Virus record (IMG/VR): IMGVR_UViG_3300029448_000016
Source of the DNA: an uncultured virus (IMG/VR IMGVR_UViG_3300029448_000016)
Lineage: Duplodnaviria; Heunggongvirae; Uroviricota; Caudoviricetes
DNA length: 64,000 nt
Strand: one strand, 5' to 3'
The translations under genes and the position numbers were made by a program. Below are positions 1 through 9,622 of this stretch, piece by piece (the stretch's first letter is position 1; every line of letters begins with the position of its first letter). The notes beneath the pieces were generated by a model. It searched no databases. It saw only the letters and a list, made by a program, of their open reading frames with translations, and was not told the origin of the DNA.

Positions 1-1
1 T

Positions 2-376
2 TTTTATAATGGTTTACAATATGGAAACTATTCTAGAGAAGACAACTCTTTAAATATTACAGTAGATATAGATACAGATTGTGACCAAGACACATTACCA
101 GTTATGGTGTTCTATGATATAGGACATATAAAGGTAGTGGACAATGAGACAGTTTGGAATGGTTATATGTACAACAATTACTTTTTTAATATAACAGGAT
201 GGGAAGGTAACGAATATACGTTATCTTCAGGAGTAGAATACTTTACTGAACCTTATACTGGTTGGTATATGGTATATGTTAATCTATATGCAGATTGGAA
301 TAGAAATGGTGAGTATGAATACGTAAATTACTTTTATATAGATGAAATAATATTGGAGGACCCAGATGAAGAATAG
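2..376 (+). CDS. Hypothetical acidic, Tyr/Asn-rich protein, 5'-truncated by the window edge
   Basis: The frame of track ORF 104..376 is open back to position 2. Confidence 0.6.
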   Translation, partial: FYNGLQYGNYSREDNSLNITVDIDTDCDQDTLPVMVFYDIGHIKVVDNETVWNGYMYNNYFFNITGWEGNEYTLSSGVEYFTEPYTGWYMVYVNLYADWNRNGEYEYVNYFYIDEIILEDPDEE

Positions 377-412
377 ATATAATAAGTTATTAGAAGCTAT
401 AGGAGAGGAAGA

Positions 413-544
413 GTGAAAGCACGTGAAATGCTTATCCTTACTAATATGTTAGCTAAAATAATTTCAGATGTAGATGATTTAAAAGAAATGATAAGAAAGA
501 AGACCTTCGAAGATTTCGAAGAGAATTTCGCGGAGGAAGAATGA
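413..544 (+). CDS. Small hypothetical protein (43 aa, GTG start)
   Basis: Hand-translated; AGGAG upstream; fills the gap between neighbouring ORFs. Confidence 0.45.
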   Translation: MKAREMLILTNMLAKIISDVDDLKEMIRKKTFEDFEENFAEEE

Positions 545-547
545 TTA

Positions 548-1063
548 ATGATTACAGATACTCTAATAAAGATACTGGAGTTTACAGCACTAATTTGTGT
601 GGGACTCTCTCTTTATATAATAGGGCTAATGATAAGGTATGTAAAGAAAAGAACAACACCAGTAAAGAAAGAACCAGAACCAAAAAAGGAGAAAACAAGA
701 ATGAGTAAAGAAGCAAGTGAGGGAATAACCTTCAACGATATTTTTATGTTTATGATTGCAGTACCTTTAGTTCTACTTTGGGTTGGGTTTGCAGGGTTCG
801 TTATACACACAGGACTTAATAACTCAGCAGTACTTGAGAACATTGAAGCATATACAACTTTAATAGCTATATTAGGAGGCCCAGCGCTTCTTATTATTAA
901 AGACGCATTAGATGTTTGGAAACAAGAACAAGCAGAAAAGACAGCGTTTTATAAAGTAAAGGCACAAGCCGTTATTGATTATAACGACGCAAGTCAGAAA
1001 CAATCTCAAATGATAGAAACTAAAGCACAAGAACAAGAACATAAGATGGAGACAAAAAAATGA
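548..1063 (+). CDS. Membrane protein with about 3 TM helices
   Basis: Hydrophobic segments ILEFTALICVGLSLYIIGLMI, IFMFMIAVPLVLLWVGFAGFVI and TTLIAILGGPALLII. Confidence 0.7.
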   Translation: MITDTLIKILEFTALICVGLSLYIIGLMIRYVKKRTTPVKKEPEPKKEKTRMSKEASEGITFNDIFMFMIAVPLVLLWVGFAGFVIHTGLNNSAVLENIEAYTTLIAILGGPALLIIKDALDVWKQEQAEKTAFYKVKAQAVIDYNDASQKQSQMIETKAQEQEHKMETKK

Positions 1064-1140
1064 GTAAAGAAATACTAGAAGCAAGCAGCTGTTGCTGCGA
1101 TGATTGCAGCTGTGATTGCAGTTGCTCGAAGGAGGAATAA
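1060..1140 (+). CDS. Cys-rich metallothionein-like micropeptide MSKEILEASSCCCDDCSCDCSCSKEE
   Basis: Hand-translated; ATGA overlap with the upstream stop; paralogue at 35105-35158. Confidence 0.6.
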   Translation: MSKEILEASSCCCDDCSCDCSCSKEE

Positions 1141-1142
1141 AT

Positions 1143-1331
1143 ATGTCAATGGGAAAAAAACCAATAACATCATATGAATCAATTCCAGCAGATAAACCTA
1201 AAACATCAGAGATGTACATGGGTTTGAAGCCAGATGAAGGATATGATAATCAAACACCAAACGTCAACTTTGTAGATGACAAAAAGAATTACCAAAAGAA
1301 CTCAGATAAATCAACATTATCATCAGGTTAA
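1143..1331 (+). CDS. Hypothetical protein (62 aa)
   Basis: Track ORF; the ATG at 1143 follows an AAGGAGG SD. Confidence 0.6.
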   Translation: MSMGKKPITSYESIPADKPKTSEMYMGLKPDEGYDNQTPNVNFVDDKKNYQKNSDKSTLSSG

Positions 1332-1333
1332 AT

Positions 1334-1492
1334 ATGGTAAAGAAAAAAGGCCTATATGCAAATATACACGCTAAACGTAAGCGCATCAAGAAAGGTTCAA
1401 AAGAAAAGATGAGAAAACCGGGAACCAAAGGTGCTCCTACGAAGAAACAATTCAAGAGAGCAGCTAAGACTGCTAAAAGGAGAAAGAAATAA
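1334..1492 (+). CDS. Small highly basic phage protein (GLYANIHAKRKRI type)
   Basis: Hand-translated 52 aa MVKKKGLYANIHAKRKRIKKG...; a motif I recognise from aquatic tailed viruses. Confidence 0.7.
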   Translation: MVKKKGLYANIHAKRKRIKKGSKEKMRKPGTKGAPTKKQFKRAAKTAKRRKK

Positions 1493-1569
1493 TGCCATAC
1501 GGTAAAGGTACATACGGAAAAAAAGTAGGAAGACCAAAAAAGAAAAAAACTAAAAAGAGGAAGAAATAG
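1492..1569 (+). CDS. Basic micropeptide MPYGKGTYGKKVGRPKKKKTKKRKK (AT-hook-like GRP)
   Basis: Hand-translated; coupled to both neighbours (TAATG and TAGTG overlaps). Confidence 0.6.
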   Translation: MPYGKGTYGKKVGRPKKKKTKKRKK

Positions 1570-1853
1570 TGGCTCCTAAGAAAAAAGATGCTAAGCTAAC
1601 AAGAGCAGGAGTATCAGGATACAATAAACCTAAAAGAACACCTAAACACCCAAAGAAATCACATGTAGTTGTTGCTAAAGAAGGTTCAAAGACTAAACTT
1701 ATTAGATTTGGACAACAAGGAGTAACTACTGCTGGTAAGAAGACAGACAAGAAATCTAAAGCCCGAAGAAAGAGTTTTAAAGCGCGCCACGCTAAGAACA
1801 TTAAGAAGGGTAAGATGTCTGCTGCATACTGGGCAGATAAGGTTAAATGGTAA
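1569..1853 (+). CDS. Basic conserved phage protein (IRFGQQG...RKSFKARH...SAAYW type)
   Basis: Track ORF; a motif pattern common in aquatic phages. Confidence 0.75.
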   Translation: MAPKKKDAKLTRAGVSGYNKPKRTPKHPKKSHVVVAKEGSKTKLIRFGQQGVTTAGKKTDKKSKARRKSFKARHAKNIKKGKMSAAYWADKVKW

Positions 1854-1864
1854 GCTTTATATAC
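1852..1864 (+). promoter_or_regulatory. Archaeal BRE-TATA promoter (AAGCTTTATATAC)
   Basis: Matches the AAAVCTTTATATA motif recurring upstream of operons in this window. Confidence 0.6.
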
Positions 1865-1970
1865 ATAGGGCTTCTAAATATGTATGGGCACCCGCCACAG
1901 GGCCATTGCTCCACAGGTTACTTAACGCAAGTGCCATTGTGGGTACCCCAATATATGGAGATATCAACAT

Positions 1971-2399
1971 ATGAATAATACAAACAATGAAACAGCTGGA
2001 AATGAGACAGCAGAAGATGGTAACATCACTGCTCTTATCGACACTGTAGAAGAATCTGGAATGTTAGACGCAATAATGGACGAACCATTACTTATGGCAT
2101 TAGTTGCCGTAGTACTAGGTATGGGCGGTTATATCGCTTATACTGTACCAGCAGTCAAAGAATTAGTTTTTAAATACATTAAGAACAATGAGACAGAGTT
2201 AATGGGACTTTTAGATAAAAATCTAACTAAAGTACAGATGAAAGCTTTTGAGAAGCTAGACGAAACAGCACAAAAGCACGTCAAAGACTCTTTAGTCCGA
2301 AATGTTTTAGTAACAGCTTGGGATGAAAAGGATGACGAGCTAGCTAGTCTTGTAAAATCTAAAGTCAAAGCAGCCCTCGATGAAGGGAAAGGGCTTTGA
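1971..2399 (+). CDS. Single-TM membrane protein
   Basis: TM segment LLMALVAVVLGMGGYIAYTV; GGAG SD. Confidence 0.7.
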   Translation: MNNTNNETAGNETAEDGNITALIDTVEESGMLDAIMDEPLLMALVAVVLGMGGYIAYTVPAVKELVFKYIKNNETELMGLLDKNLTKVQMKAFEKLDETAQKHVKDSLVRNVLVTAWDEKDDELASLVKSKVKAALDEGKGL

Positions 2400-2731
2400 A
2401 CGTAGAGGAATACGAGCAAAGATTAAAGCAGAGGGTTGGAGAAGCTGAATATGGACGTCATAAAGAGCTTGTCCGCCTTCTTGCGCGCAATCTTGCTCTT
2501 GAAGACATACTGTGGGAAGAAATTCTTGTATGTATTCGGGATGTTAACGCTAGAACAGAGCTCTTGCGCCAAAGAAATACAATCGTTAAGGACATTCATA
2601 CTGAATTCCGAGCGTTAAACATTGAAGTGCCAACTACTGTAGAGAAGAATACTGAAGCATTCGCTTCGTTTTTAGGAGATTTATCCGATGAAGGAAAACC
2701 AAAAGAGTCTAAACAGCCTGCTGACAGGTAA
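2396..2731 (+). CDS. Putative terminase small subunit
   Basis: Helical 111-aa ORF immediately upstream of and overlapping TerL; positional inference. Confidence 0.5.
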   Translation: MNVEEYEQRLKQRVGEAEYGRHKELVRLLARNLALEDILWEEILVCIRDVNARTELLRQRNTIVKDIHTEFRALNIEVPTTVEKNTEAFASFLGDLSDEGKPKESKQPADR

Positions 2732-4367
2732 AGGTGGATTAGATTCAAGAAAGTTAGAGGATATCTTTAAAAGTTGCAGACAAGATTCTGCAAAAATGAG
2801 AAAATTGATTAGGGCATTCTGTACTTCATACCTAATTGATGGAAAACAACGACCATTACTACTCAGACCTTTACAAGAAGACATAGTTTTAGAATGTCTA
2901 ATGTTAAGAGATGACGATAAACAAACCAAATTAGCAATATTAGCTCCACGAGGCAGTGGGAAATCGTTCGCATTGTCTGTAGCGGTGACTATATATATGT
3001 TTTTTAATAGATTTAGAGATTTAGTATTTATATTGGCTCCTACTGAGGACCAAGCAGCTCTAATCTTTAACTACGTCTATAGACATTTTGCTGATAACAG
3101 TTTTTTAAACGGCTTAGTTAAGAATTATCGCTTTCATAACAAGCCCAACATAACACTTAAGGGGGGCACAATAATGCGTAGAGCTCCATTGGCGCCTAGT
3201 AACCAAGGACAAGCTATCCGTGGACAACACCCTACGTTCCTCGTAGTGGACGAATCTCCACTAATTGATGATAAACTATTCATTGACAATGTAGAGCCTG
3301 CTATTGTCGCTAATAAGGCACCTTTTATTAATCTAGGCACTCCTAAGTCAAAAGATAATCATATGTATAAGTATCTTTATGACGATGGTTATGCTGATAC
3401 ATTTAAAAGATTACACTATACATGGAGAGACGCCGTAAAGAAAGGGGATGCTTATTCAGCTCCCTACACTGATGAAGAAATGTTAGATAAAATGACTGAA
3501 TGGGGAGAAGATTCCGTCTACTGGAGGACAGAATATGAATGTGAGTTTGTAGAGTCTGTATCGAACGTATTTAATCCAGAAAAAATAAAGGCGTGTTACG
3601 ATGATTACATACTTAATAGACTTGATGGGGATGGAGACAAGAGAGGAGGCAATATTACTGTTGGTGTTGACATTGGCAAATCTGTTAACTCTACTGTCAT
3701 TAGTGCATGGTCCCTTGAAAAGTCTGACGAAGAAAATATTGCTAGACTTATATACATTGAAGAAATCAATGCCAGAACTGGTGGACATGATATTCCATAC
3801 CAACGTAGACGTATCATGGACGTTACCAACCAGCTTGGTGCTAATCGGCTCATTGTTGATTGTACTGGTATGGGTGGTGCGGTTGAACATGATTTACGGT
3901 TGGCGTGTTTAGAAACTGACGTTCATTTTGTTGCGTTTGTTTTTACAGGAGGACCAAAAGGGACAAAAACACAAATGTATAGAGATTTTACTTCTTATAT
4001 ACAACAAGGACGTGTAAAAGTACCCAATCCAAAAGGATTAGAACAACCAGAAGCTAAACTAATTAATAAATGGACTAAAGAACATATTGATTTAGAATAT
4101 ACTATGGATGCAGCTAATAAGACAGAAAAAATATCTGCACCGTCAGGTAGACATGATGATTATTGTGATAGTACTGCAATGGCTTTACATGCTACTTTAA
4201 GTATGTTACCAATGTCAGGTAACTTTGCACAATCAATAGTGTCACGTCCAATTAATAAAAATTATTCAGCATCGGTAGGAAATCGCGGAACTCACTCAGG
4301 GGTTTCACTTTTCACCACTTCTCAACGAAAACATACACTAAACAAACGCGGGCTAAGGGGAATCTAA
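2688..4367 (+). CDS. terL: Terminase large subunit
   Basis: Walker A APRGSGKS, Walker B LVVDES, coupling motif LGTP, nuclease motifs VGVDIGK and HDDYCDS. Confidence 0.95.
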   Translation: MKENQKSLNSLLTGKGGLDSRKLEDIFKSCRQDSAKMRKLIRAFCTSYLIDGKQRPLLLRPLQEDIVLECLMLRDDDKQTKLAILAPRGSGKSFALSVAVTIYMFFNRFRDLVFILAPTEDQAALIFNYVYRHFADNSFLNGLVKNYRFHNKPNITLKGGTIMRRAPLAPSNQGQAIRGQHPTFLVVDESPLIDDKLFIDNVEPAIVANKAPFINLGTPKSKDNHMYKYLYDDGYADTFKRLHYTWRDAVKKGDAYSAPYTDEEMLDKMTEWGEDSVYWRTEYECEFVESVSNVFNPEKIKACYDDYILNRLDGDGDKRGGNITVGVDIGKSVNSTVISAWSLEKSDEENIARLIYIEEINARTGGHDIPYQRRRIMDVTNQLGANRLIVDCTGMGGAVEHDLRLACLETDVHFVAFVFTGGPKGTKTQMYRDFTSYIQQGRVKVPNPKGLEQPEAKLINKWTKEHIDLEYTMDAANKTEKISAPSGRHDDYCDSTAMALHATLSMLPMSGNFAQSIVSRPINKNYSASVGNRGTHSGVSLFTTSQRKHTLNKRGLRGI

Positions 4368-4370
4368 CAC

Positions 4371-4384
4371 AATCTTTATATACT
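4371..4384 (+). promoter_or_regulatory. TATA promoter for the head operon
   Basis: AATCTTTATATAC about 25 nt upstream of the portal ATG. Confidence 0.6.
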
Positions 4385-4408
4385 CATTAAAGTTAATTAT
4401 AAATAGCC

Positions 4409-5713
4409 ATGTCGTTTATAGATAGAGTTAGACGTACGTTTGCTTCAGTTGGAAGTAATCCTACGTACAAAGAAGACGACCCGAGAAGTTATGGAGCGGG
4501 AGTTATACAACGCCTGAAGATTAATAGAGGGTACGCCGTCGGTGGTGAAAAAGATTATGAACCACACATAGGTAAAAACAGAACATATATGAATGTATAT
4601 TTATCTGACCCTATAGTTCGTAGTTTAATTGATTTACCATGTTTATACGCAGTTAAAGATAACTTTGACATTGTAACAGCCGATGAAAATGTAAGAGAAG
4701 AAGTAGAAGAAATGTTCCGAGATATAAATATAGAACATATATTGTATGGTTGGTTAAGAAATGCCCGTATTTTTGGTACTGGATATTTAGAATGGACTGG
4801 AGACAACTTAGTACTCAGGTCTAGTCAAAACATGTTTGTCAAAAGGAATGAACATGGGCAAATAGAATATTACTATCAAAAAATAGGAGATGACCAAGAA
4901 AATATTAGATTTGAAGAAGATGAGATTATTGAATTGAAGAATAACCAGTTTGATGATTTTGCTTATGGATTATCTGACATACATCCGATATTATATCTTG
5001 TTGATTTAAAAGACTATGCAGAACGTGACATAGGTGCAGCACTAAACAAATACGCTAATTCAAGGTATGATGTTTCTGCTGGATTACCTGACATGCCTTA
5101 TGGTCCAGATAAAATTAACGAAATAGTAGAAGCATTTAATAATTTAGCGCCCGGTGAAGATATCATCCACGGAAACGATATAGTTATTAAAGAACTACAA
5201 GGAACTCAGCGTGCATTTGAATATGGTAAATATACAGACGATATTATGGATAAAATACATGTGGCTCTGAAAACACCAAAAACAATGTGGACAGACCCAG
5301 ATAAAGCACGACCTATTTTTGAACCTTATGTAAGATATCTACAAACGATGGTAGAGGGTGCACTTAACGCCCAGCTTATGCCTCAATTAGAAAAAGGAGA
5401 AGCTAAATTTAAGTTTAGGCAAATTAATGTTGAAGACGCATTTGTTAAAGCTAAGACTGATATGATATACTTATCAGAAGGAGTTTTATCACCCGGCGAA
5501 GTTAGAGAGGAAAGAGGACTTGACCCTGAAGGAGTAGCAGAATTAGACATGGAAACTTCTGAAGACATTAAGGCTTCACCTATAAGACAAGAGCAGGGAG
5601 ACAAGAATGCAAATATTTCTGGAGGAAAAAATCAAGACAAGAAAGAAGAATCATCCAGAGCACAGAACAGGGGTAACAAACCCTCCGCAAACGCAACAGG
5701 AGATAGAGCATGA
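4409..5713 (+). CDS. Portal protein
   Basis: Follows TerL; portal-like motifs IFGTGYLE, YGLSDI and GVLSPGEVREERGL. Confidence 0.9.
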   Translation: MSFIDRVRRTFASVGSNPTYKEDDPRSYGAGVIQRLKINRGYAVGGEKDYEPHIGKNRTYMNVYLSDPIVRSLIDLPCLYAVKDNFDIVTADENVREEVEEMFRDINIEHILYGWLRNARIFGTGYLEWTGDNLVLRSSQNMFVKRNEHGQIEYYYQKIGDDQENIRFEEDEIIELKNNQFDDFAYGLSDIHPILYLVDLKDYAERDIGAALNKYANSRYDVSAGLPDMPYGPDKINEIVEAFNNLAPGEDIIHGNDIVIKELQGTQRAFEYGKYTDDIMDKIHVALKTPKTMWTDPDKARPIFEPYVRYLQTMVEGALNAQLMPQLEKGEAKFKFRQINVEDAFVKAKTDMIYLSEGVLSPGEVREERGLDPEGVAELDMETSEDIKASPIRQEQGDKNANISGGKNQDKKEESSRAQNRGNKPSANATGDRA

Positions 5714-6963
5714 CATTCGATAAATGTATGATAGCTACCAAAGCTACTCTAAGGAAAAGGGGTTTTGATAACTCCGAAGAGATTGCAGCAGGCATGTGTA
5801 GCATGTGGGCGCAAGAGAACGGCGTTGAACGGGAATTTGCAGATATCAAATCCGAACCAGTTCGCAGGTCATTTGCTCTTTCAGTTAGTGAAAGTGAAGA
5901 AGTGACATTTACAAGCGAAGAGGGAATAGACTCTGTTTCTTTCCCAGTCATCGCTATAACATCGGGACTTCACGAATATGAAGTCGACGGTGATATGAAT
6001 AAAGTTTATATTGAAAAAGGGATGCTAAAAGATAATTTAACTTCTTTTACTGACCTTCCGATATATGTAGACCATCAAAGAACAGCCGAGGACCTAATCG
6101 GCATGGCTGCTAATCCGGAGCTAATCGAGATGGAAAATGGAAAGACCGCAGTAAAGATGTTGGCAACAGTATCTAATAAATATGGCCGCGGTGAAGAAGT
6201 AATGAATAAAGTTAAGGAGGGAGACATGACGCATGTTAGTATCGATTGGTTTTCAAACGATATTGATGTCATGGGTGACACTTATGCCACCAATATTCGT
6301 CCTACAGAGGTAAGTTTCATTGACAATGAAAAGATGGACCCAGTATGTAAGGAATGTACGATAGAAACGAAGTGTGATTCACAAGAACCTGATGACGACC
6401 ACGACTGTGGTTGTGGTGGCCATGAAGGAACATGTGGATGCGATAATACAGAGGAACAAACTATGTCAGAAGATAAAGTAGAAACTAATGTAAAATCCGA
6501 CGCAGAAAGCATTGTCGAACGCGAGTTCGCTTCGCTACGAACTCAACTTGAGGAAGCAACTGCATCTAAGAAGGATATCGAATCTCAGTACGAAGCTGCT
6601 ATGAAAGAAATAGAAGCATTCAAATTAGCTGAAGAAGAGAGAGCCGCAAAAGAAGCAGAAGCCCGCAAGTTAGAAGCAGTAGAAGCAATTATATCCAGAG
6701 AAATCTTATTCGGTACAGTCGAAGAAGAAAAGAAGGATGCACGTGTAGAAGAACTTTCAGCTTGGGATGAGTCCAGATTGACTGGATTTAACGACGCTCT
6801 AGCAGCAATGCCAGAGCCAAACATGGATGTCGAAAGAACTTTCGGAAAAGGTAAAGTAGCTTCAGAAGATACAGAACCAGTTGTCGAGAGAGAATTCGGT
6901 ATGACAAAGGACAACAGTGGCAGAATTCGATTGAATGCTGACTACTACAAAAAAGGTGATTAA
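5710..6963 (+). CDS. Prohead protease fused to a coiled-coil scaffold
   Basis: PIYVDH, VSIDW and EVSF motifs typical of HK97-type proteases; Glu/Ala-rich coiled-coil C-terminus; Cys-rich linker. Confidence 0.8.
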   Translation: MTFDKCMIATKATLRKRGFDNSEEIAAGMCSMWAQENGVEREFADIKSEPVRRSFALSVSESEEVTFTSEEGIDSVSFPVIAITSGLHEYEVDGDMNKVYIEKGMLKDNLTSFTDLPIYVDHQRTAEDLIGMAANPELIEMENGKTAVKMLATVSNKYGRGEEVMNKVKEGDMTHVSIDWFSNDIDVMGDTYATNIRPTEVSFIDNEKMDPVCKECTIETKCDSQEPDDDHDCGCGGHEGTCGCDNTEEQTMSEDKVETNVKSDAESIVEREFASLRTQLEEATASKKDIESQYEAAMKEIEAFKLAEEERAAKEAEARKLEAVEAIISREILFGTVEEEKKDARVEELSAWDESRLTGFNDALAAMPEPNMDVERTFGKGKVASEDTEPVVEREFGMTKDNSGRIRLNADYYKKGD

Positions 6964-6965
6964 AT

Positions 6966-7358
6966 ATGGCAACAGAAATTTTAATTAATGACGGTGGAGC
7001 TCCAGCACGTATACTTCCGTATACCGCAGCTGAAGCTATCGTAGCCGGAGATGCATGTACCATTGATGCCAATGGTAAATTGCAAAAAGCAGACACAGGC
7101 GATGCGCTATTCAAATTTGCATACGCAGGTATTGCTCTAACAAACATTGACTCAGGAGCTGTAGGTTCCTTAGTAACTGGTGTTGGAGTAGTATTGAACA
7201 TCAACTGTGCAGATGTAGCAGCTGGTTCAGCTATGATGATGGGAACAGTCGCTGGTAGATTACTATTAGCAACCAACGCAGCAGCAGCAGCTAAAGCACA
7301 AGCCGTTACGTTAGAAAATAACGCAGCAGCAGGACTGACCAAGTGTCAGACGCTCTAA
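6966..7358 (+). CDS. Capsid cement/decoration protein
   Basis: Small Ala/Gly-rich protein between protease and MCP; AAEAIVAGD...GIAL pattern. Confidence 0.7.
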   Translation: MATEILINDGGAPARILPYTAAEAIVAGDACTIDANGKLQKADTGDALFKFAYAGIALTNIDSGAVGSLVTGVGVVLNINCADVAAGSAMMMGTVAGRLLLATNAAAAAKAQAVTLENNAAAGLTKCQTL

Positions 7359-7372
7359 GGAGATAAAGAAAT

Positions 7373-8482
7373 ATGACAGAATACCCAGCAGCAACGCCCG
7401 GTTTATTGACCAGTTTGAATACTGGCTCCGTGGACGGAGGACTTGGAGAGAGAGTACTTATTGATTACAAAGAAGCTATCATGGACTACAAAGTCACTGA
7501 ACTTCCTGTAATGTCTTTCTTTGCAGAACCAATGACCACAGATACCGGCGGTAATATTGATATTACACTAGCACGCCCAAGCATGAAGCTTGAGCAAATA
7601 AACGAAGGAACAACTCCTGAATACCAACACACTAAACTACGCTCCGAGCGTATCTCAGTGAAAGAATGGGGTATAGCAGTAGGTGTTACCCGAAGAATGA
7701 TTGAAGATTCAAGGTTCAACGAAGTTGAAATGGCTTTGAATGAAGCTCGCAGAGCTGTAGACCGTCACGTCACTGACAGTGTTGTCAAAGTCGTTTTCGG
7801 AAGCAAAACTGCTGACGCTACATTAGGAACCATCGCAATTGATGAAACCACAACTGAAGCAACAATCACAACTTTTGCATCTAATCCATACTCCGGATTC
7901 TTCGGAGCAGGTATGACAGCAGCCGATATAGACAGTGGAAGCTCACGATTGAATTCATACGGTAATGAATCTGCAACCAGATTAATCCGTAATTCATACG
8001 TAAGAGCAGCTGGTGATGCAGCAGGAGACTTAGCTCTCTCTGATATCACATCATCTATTGACCGCATCTCTACCCACGGATACAATGCAAGCCACTTGTT
8101 TATCTCCCCAGCTCACTACAAGTCTTTATTAGACTTAGGTGACTTTGTAACTGCTTTCACAGCAGCACAAGGAGAAGCTGGTGGTGCAGCTAACCCAACT
8201 CAAGCAGCTATGATGCCGGGAAGCCCAGTCTCTCAGACAGCTTCATCTGGTGTTGTTGGTTCCTTGTACGGATTAGATGTAATCGTCAACGCATATGTCC
8301 CATCAGACAGATTTGGTGTCTTTGACCTTTCCGTTAAACCTATGGTTTACGTAGAAAGAAGACCTCTCACAGTAGAACAAGCAAACCCCGGTTTCGGAAT
8401 CGTCGGTTCGTACATGTCTATGAGATATGGTCTAAAAGTCATCCGACCTGAAGTTGGAGTCATAGTCATCAACGGAGCTTAA
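7373..8482 (+). CDS. Major capsid protein (HK97 fold)
   Basis: Position; EG..PEY, KEWGIAVGVTRRMIED, LFISP, GSLYGLDVI and MRYGLKVIRPE motifs. Confidence 0.9.
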   Translation: MTEYPAATPGLLTSLNTGSVDGGLGERVLIDYKEAIMDYKVTELPVMSFFAEPMTTDTGGNIDITLARPSMKLEQINEGTTPEYQHTKLRSERISVKEWGIAVGVTRRMIEDSRFNEVEMALNEARRAVDRHVTDSVVKVVFGSKTADATLGTIAIDETTTEATITTFASNPYSGFFGAGMTAADIDSGSSRLNSYGNESATRLIRNSYVRAAGDAAGDLALSDITSSIDRISTHGYNASHLFISPAHYKSLLDLGDFVTAFTAAQGEAGGAANPTQAAMMPGSPVSQTASSGVVGSLYGLDVIVNAYVPSDRFGVFDLSVKPMVYVERRPLTVEQANPGFGIVGSYMSMRYGLKVIRPEVGVIVINGA

Positions 8483-8634
8483 GCTCATTGATACACCTTT
8501 AAGTATAGGATAAAATACTTACCTTTGGGGGCAGGTTAAAGTCCCCACTTAGATTAATCAAAGTGTTATATTCGCAAGCCTTGCAAAAGGTCTTCTAGGG
8601 CGATTATAATTTTTTCATTAAAAGGAGATAAAAT

Positions 8635-9612
8635 ATGGCAGGATATAAATTCGGCAATAAAGCAAATTTCGGAGAGAATACAACTCTCTCTGGAAGCTTC
8701 CAATATGTTTTTGGAAGTGGAAATAGTAATTCGGCTGACTATTCAGTAGTTGGTGGGATAAGTAATACAGCAACATCCGCAGCGGATGAATCTTTCATAT
8801 GGGGTTCTGGAAATTCTGTTACGGGTTCAAACAATGTTGTGTTTGGAGATAGTCACACAGTCAACACCGCAGCAACACATAATTTAATAGTTGGAATCAA
8901 CTGTAGTGGTGCTTCAACTAATACAGATGGTAACTTGATGATTGGTCAAAATCTTAAATCAACCATGAGATACAATCTTACATTCGGACAGGATAACATT
9001 AACGATGAGGACGTTTATGGTGTAGGACATCATTTACTTGGTGGAAAAGATAATACTGTAAGTGGTTCTTATTATGGAATTACCACTGGAAAAGATAACC
9101 TTGCACCATTTCAATTTGGTTATGGTTTACAAATAGGTAATAGTGGTTCAACAAGAGATAATATTCACGGTGCAATAAGTACCGCAGCAGGGGCTTTCGC
9201 AGCAAAAGGTGATGCACAGTTAACATCACATGTTGTATACAGAGGTCAGACAACTAATAATACAGCTACTGTAATATATAATGCTGCTGCTTCAGCTAAT
9301 AAATGGACTTTAGCAGCAAACGACAGTGTAATAGTTAAAGCAACTGTTATAGGAAGAAAAGTAGGAGATGCAGGACAAAGTGCGGCTTATGAAGTAATAT
9401 GTGCATTTAAAAACCAAGGTGGAACTTCAACTGCGGGAACTACTGGTGTAACTAAGAGAGTTCTTAACGAAGACACTGGTACAACTAACTACGATGCTAC
9501 ATTGGCAGTAAACAATACTGACGATACATTTGAACTTAAAGTAACAGGTGACACTGGTCATACAGTTAACTGGATGGCCCATGTAGAGGTATTAAAGCTT
9601 AACATAGCTTAA
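8635..9612 (+). CDS. Virion fibre/spike protein A (Gly/Asn beta-repeats)
   Basis: GxxN repeats; paralogous to 9623-10729. Confidence 0.65.
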   Translation: MAGYKFGNKANFGENTTLSGSFQYVFGSGNSNSADYSVVGGISNTATSAADESFIWGSGNSVTGSNNVVFGDSHTVNTAATHNLIVGINCSGASTNTDGNLMIGQNLKSTMRYNLTFGQDNINDEDVYGVGHHLLGGKDNTVSGSYYGITTGKDNLAPFQFGYGLQIGNSGSTRDNIHGAISTAAGAFAAKGDAQLTSHVVYRGQTTNNTATVIYNAAASANKWTLAANDSVIVKATVIGRKVGDAGQSAAYEVICAFKNQGGTSTAGTTGVTKRVLNEDTGTTNYDATLAVNNTDDTFELKVTGDTGHTVNWMAHVEVLKLNIA

Positions 9613-9622
9613 GGAGATTAAT

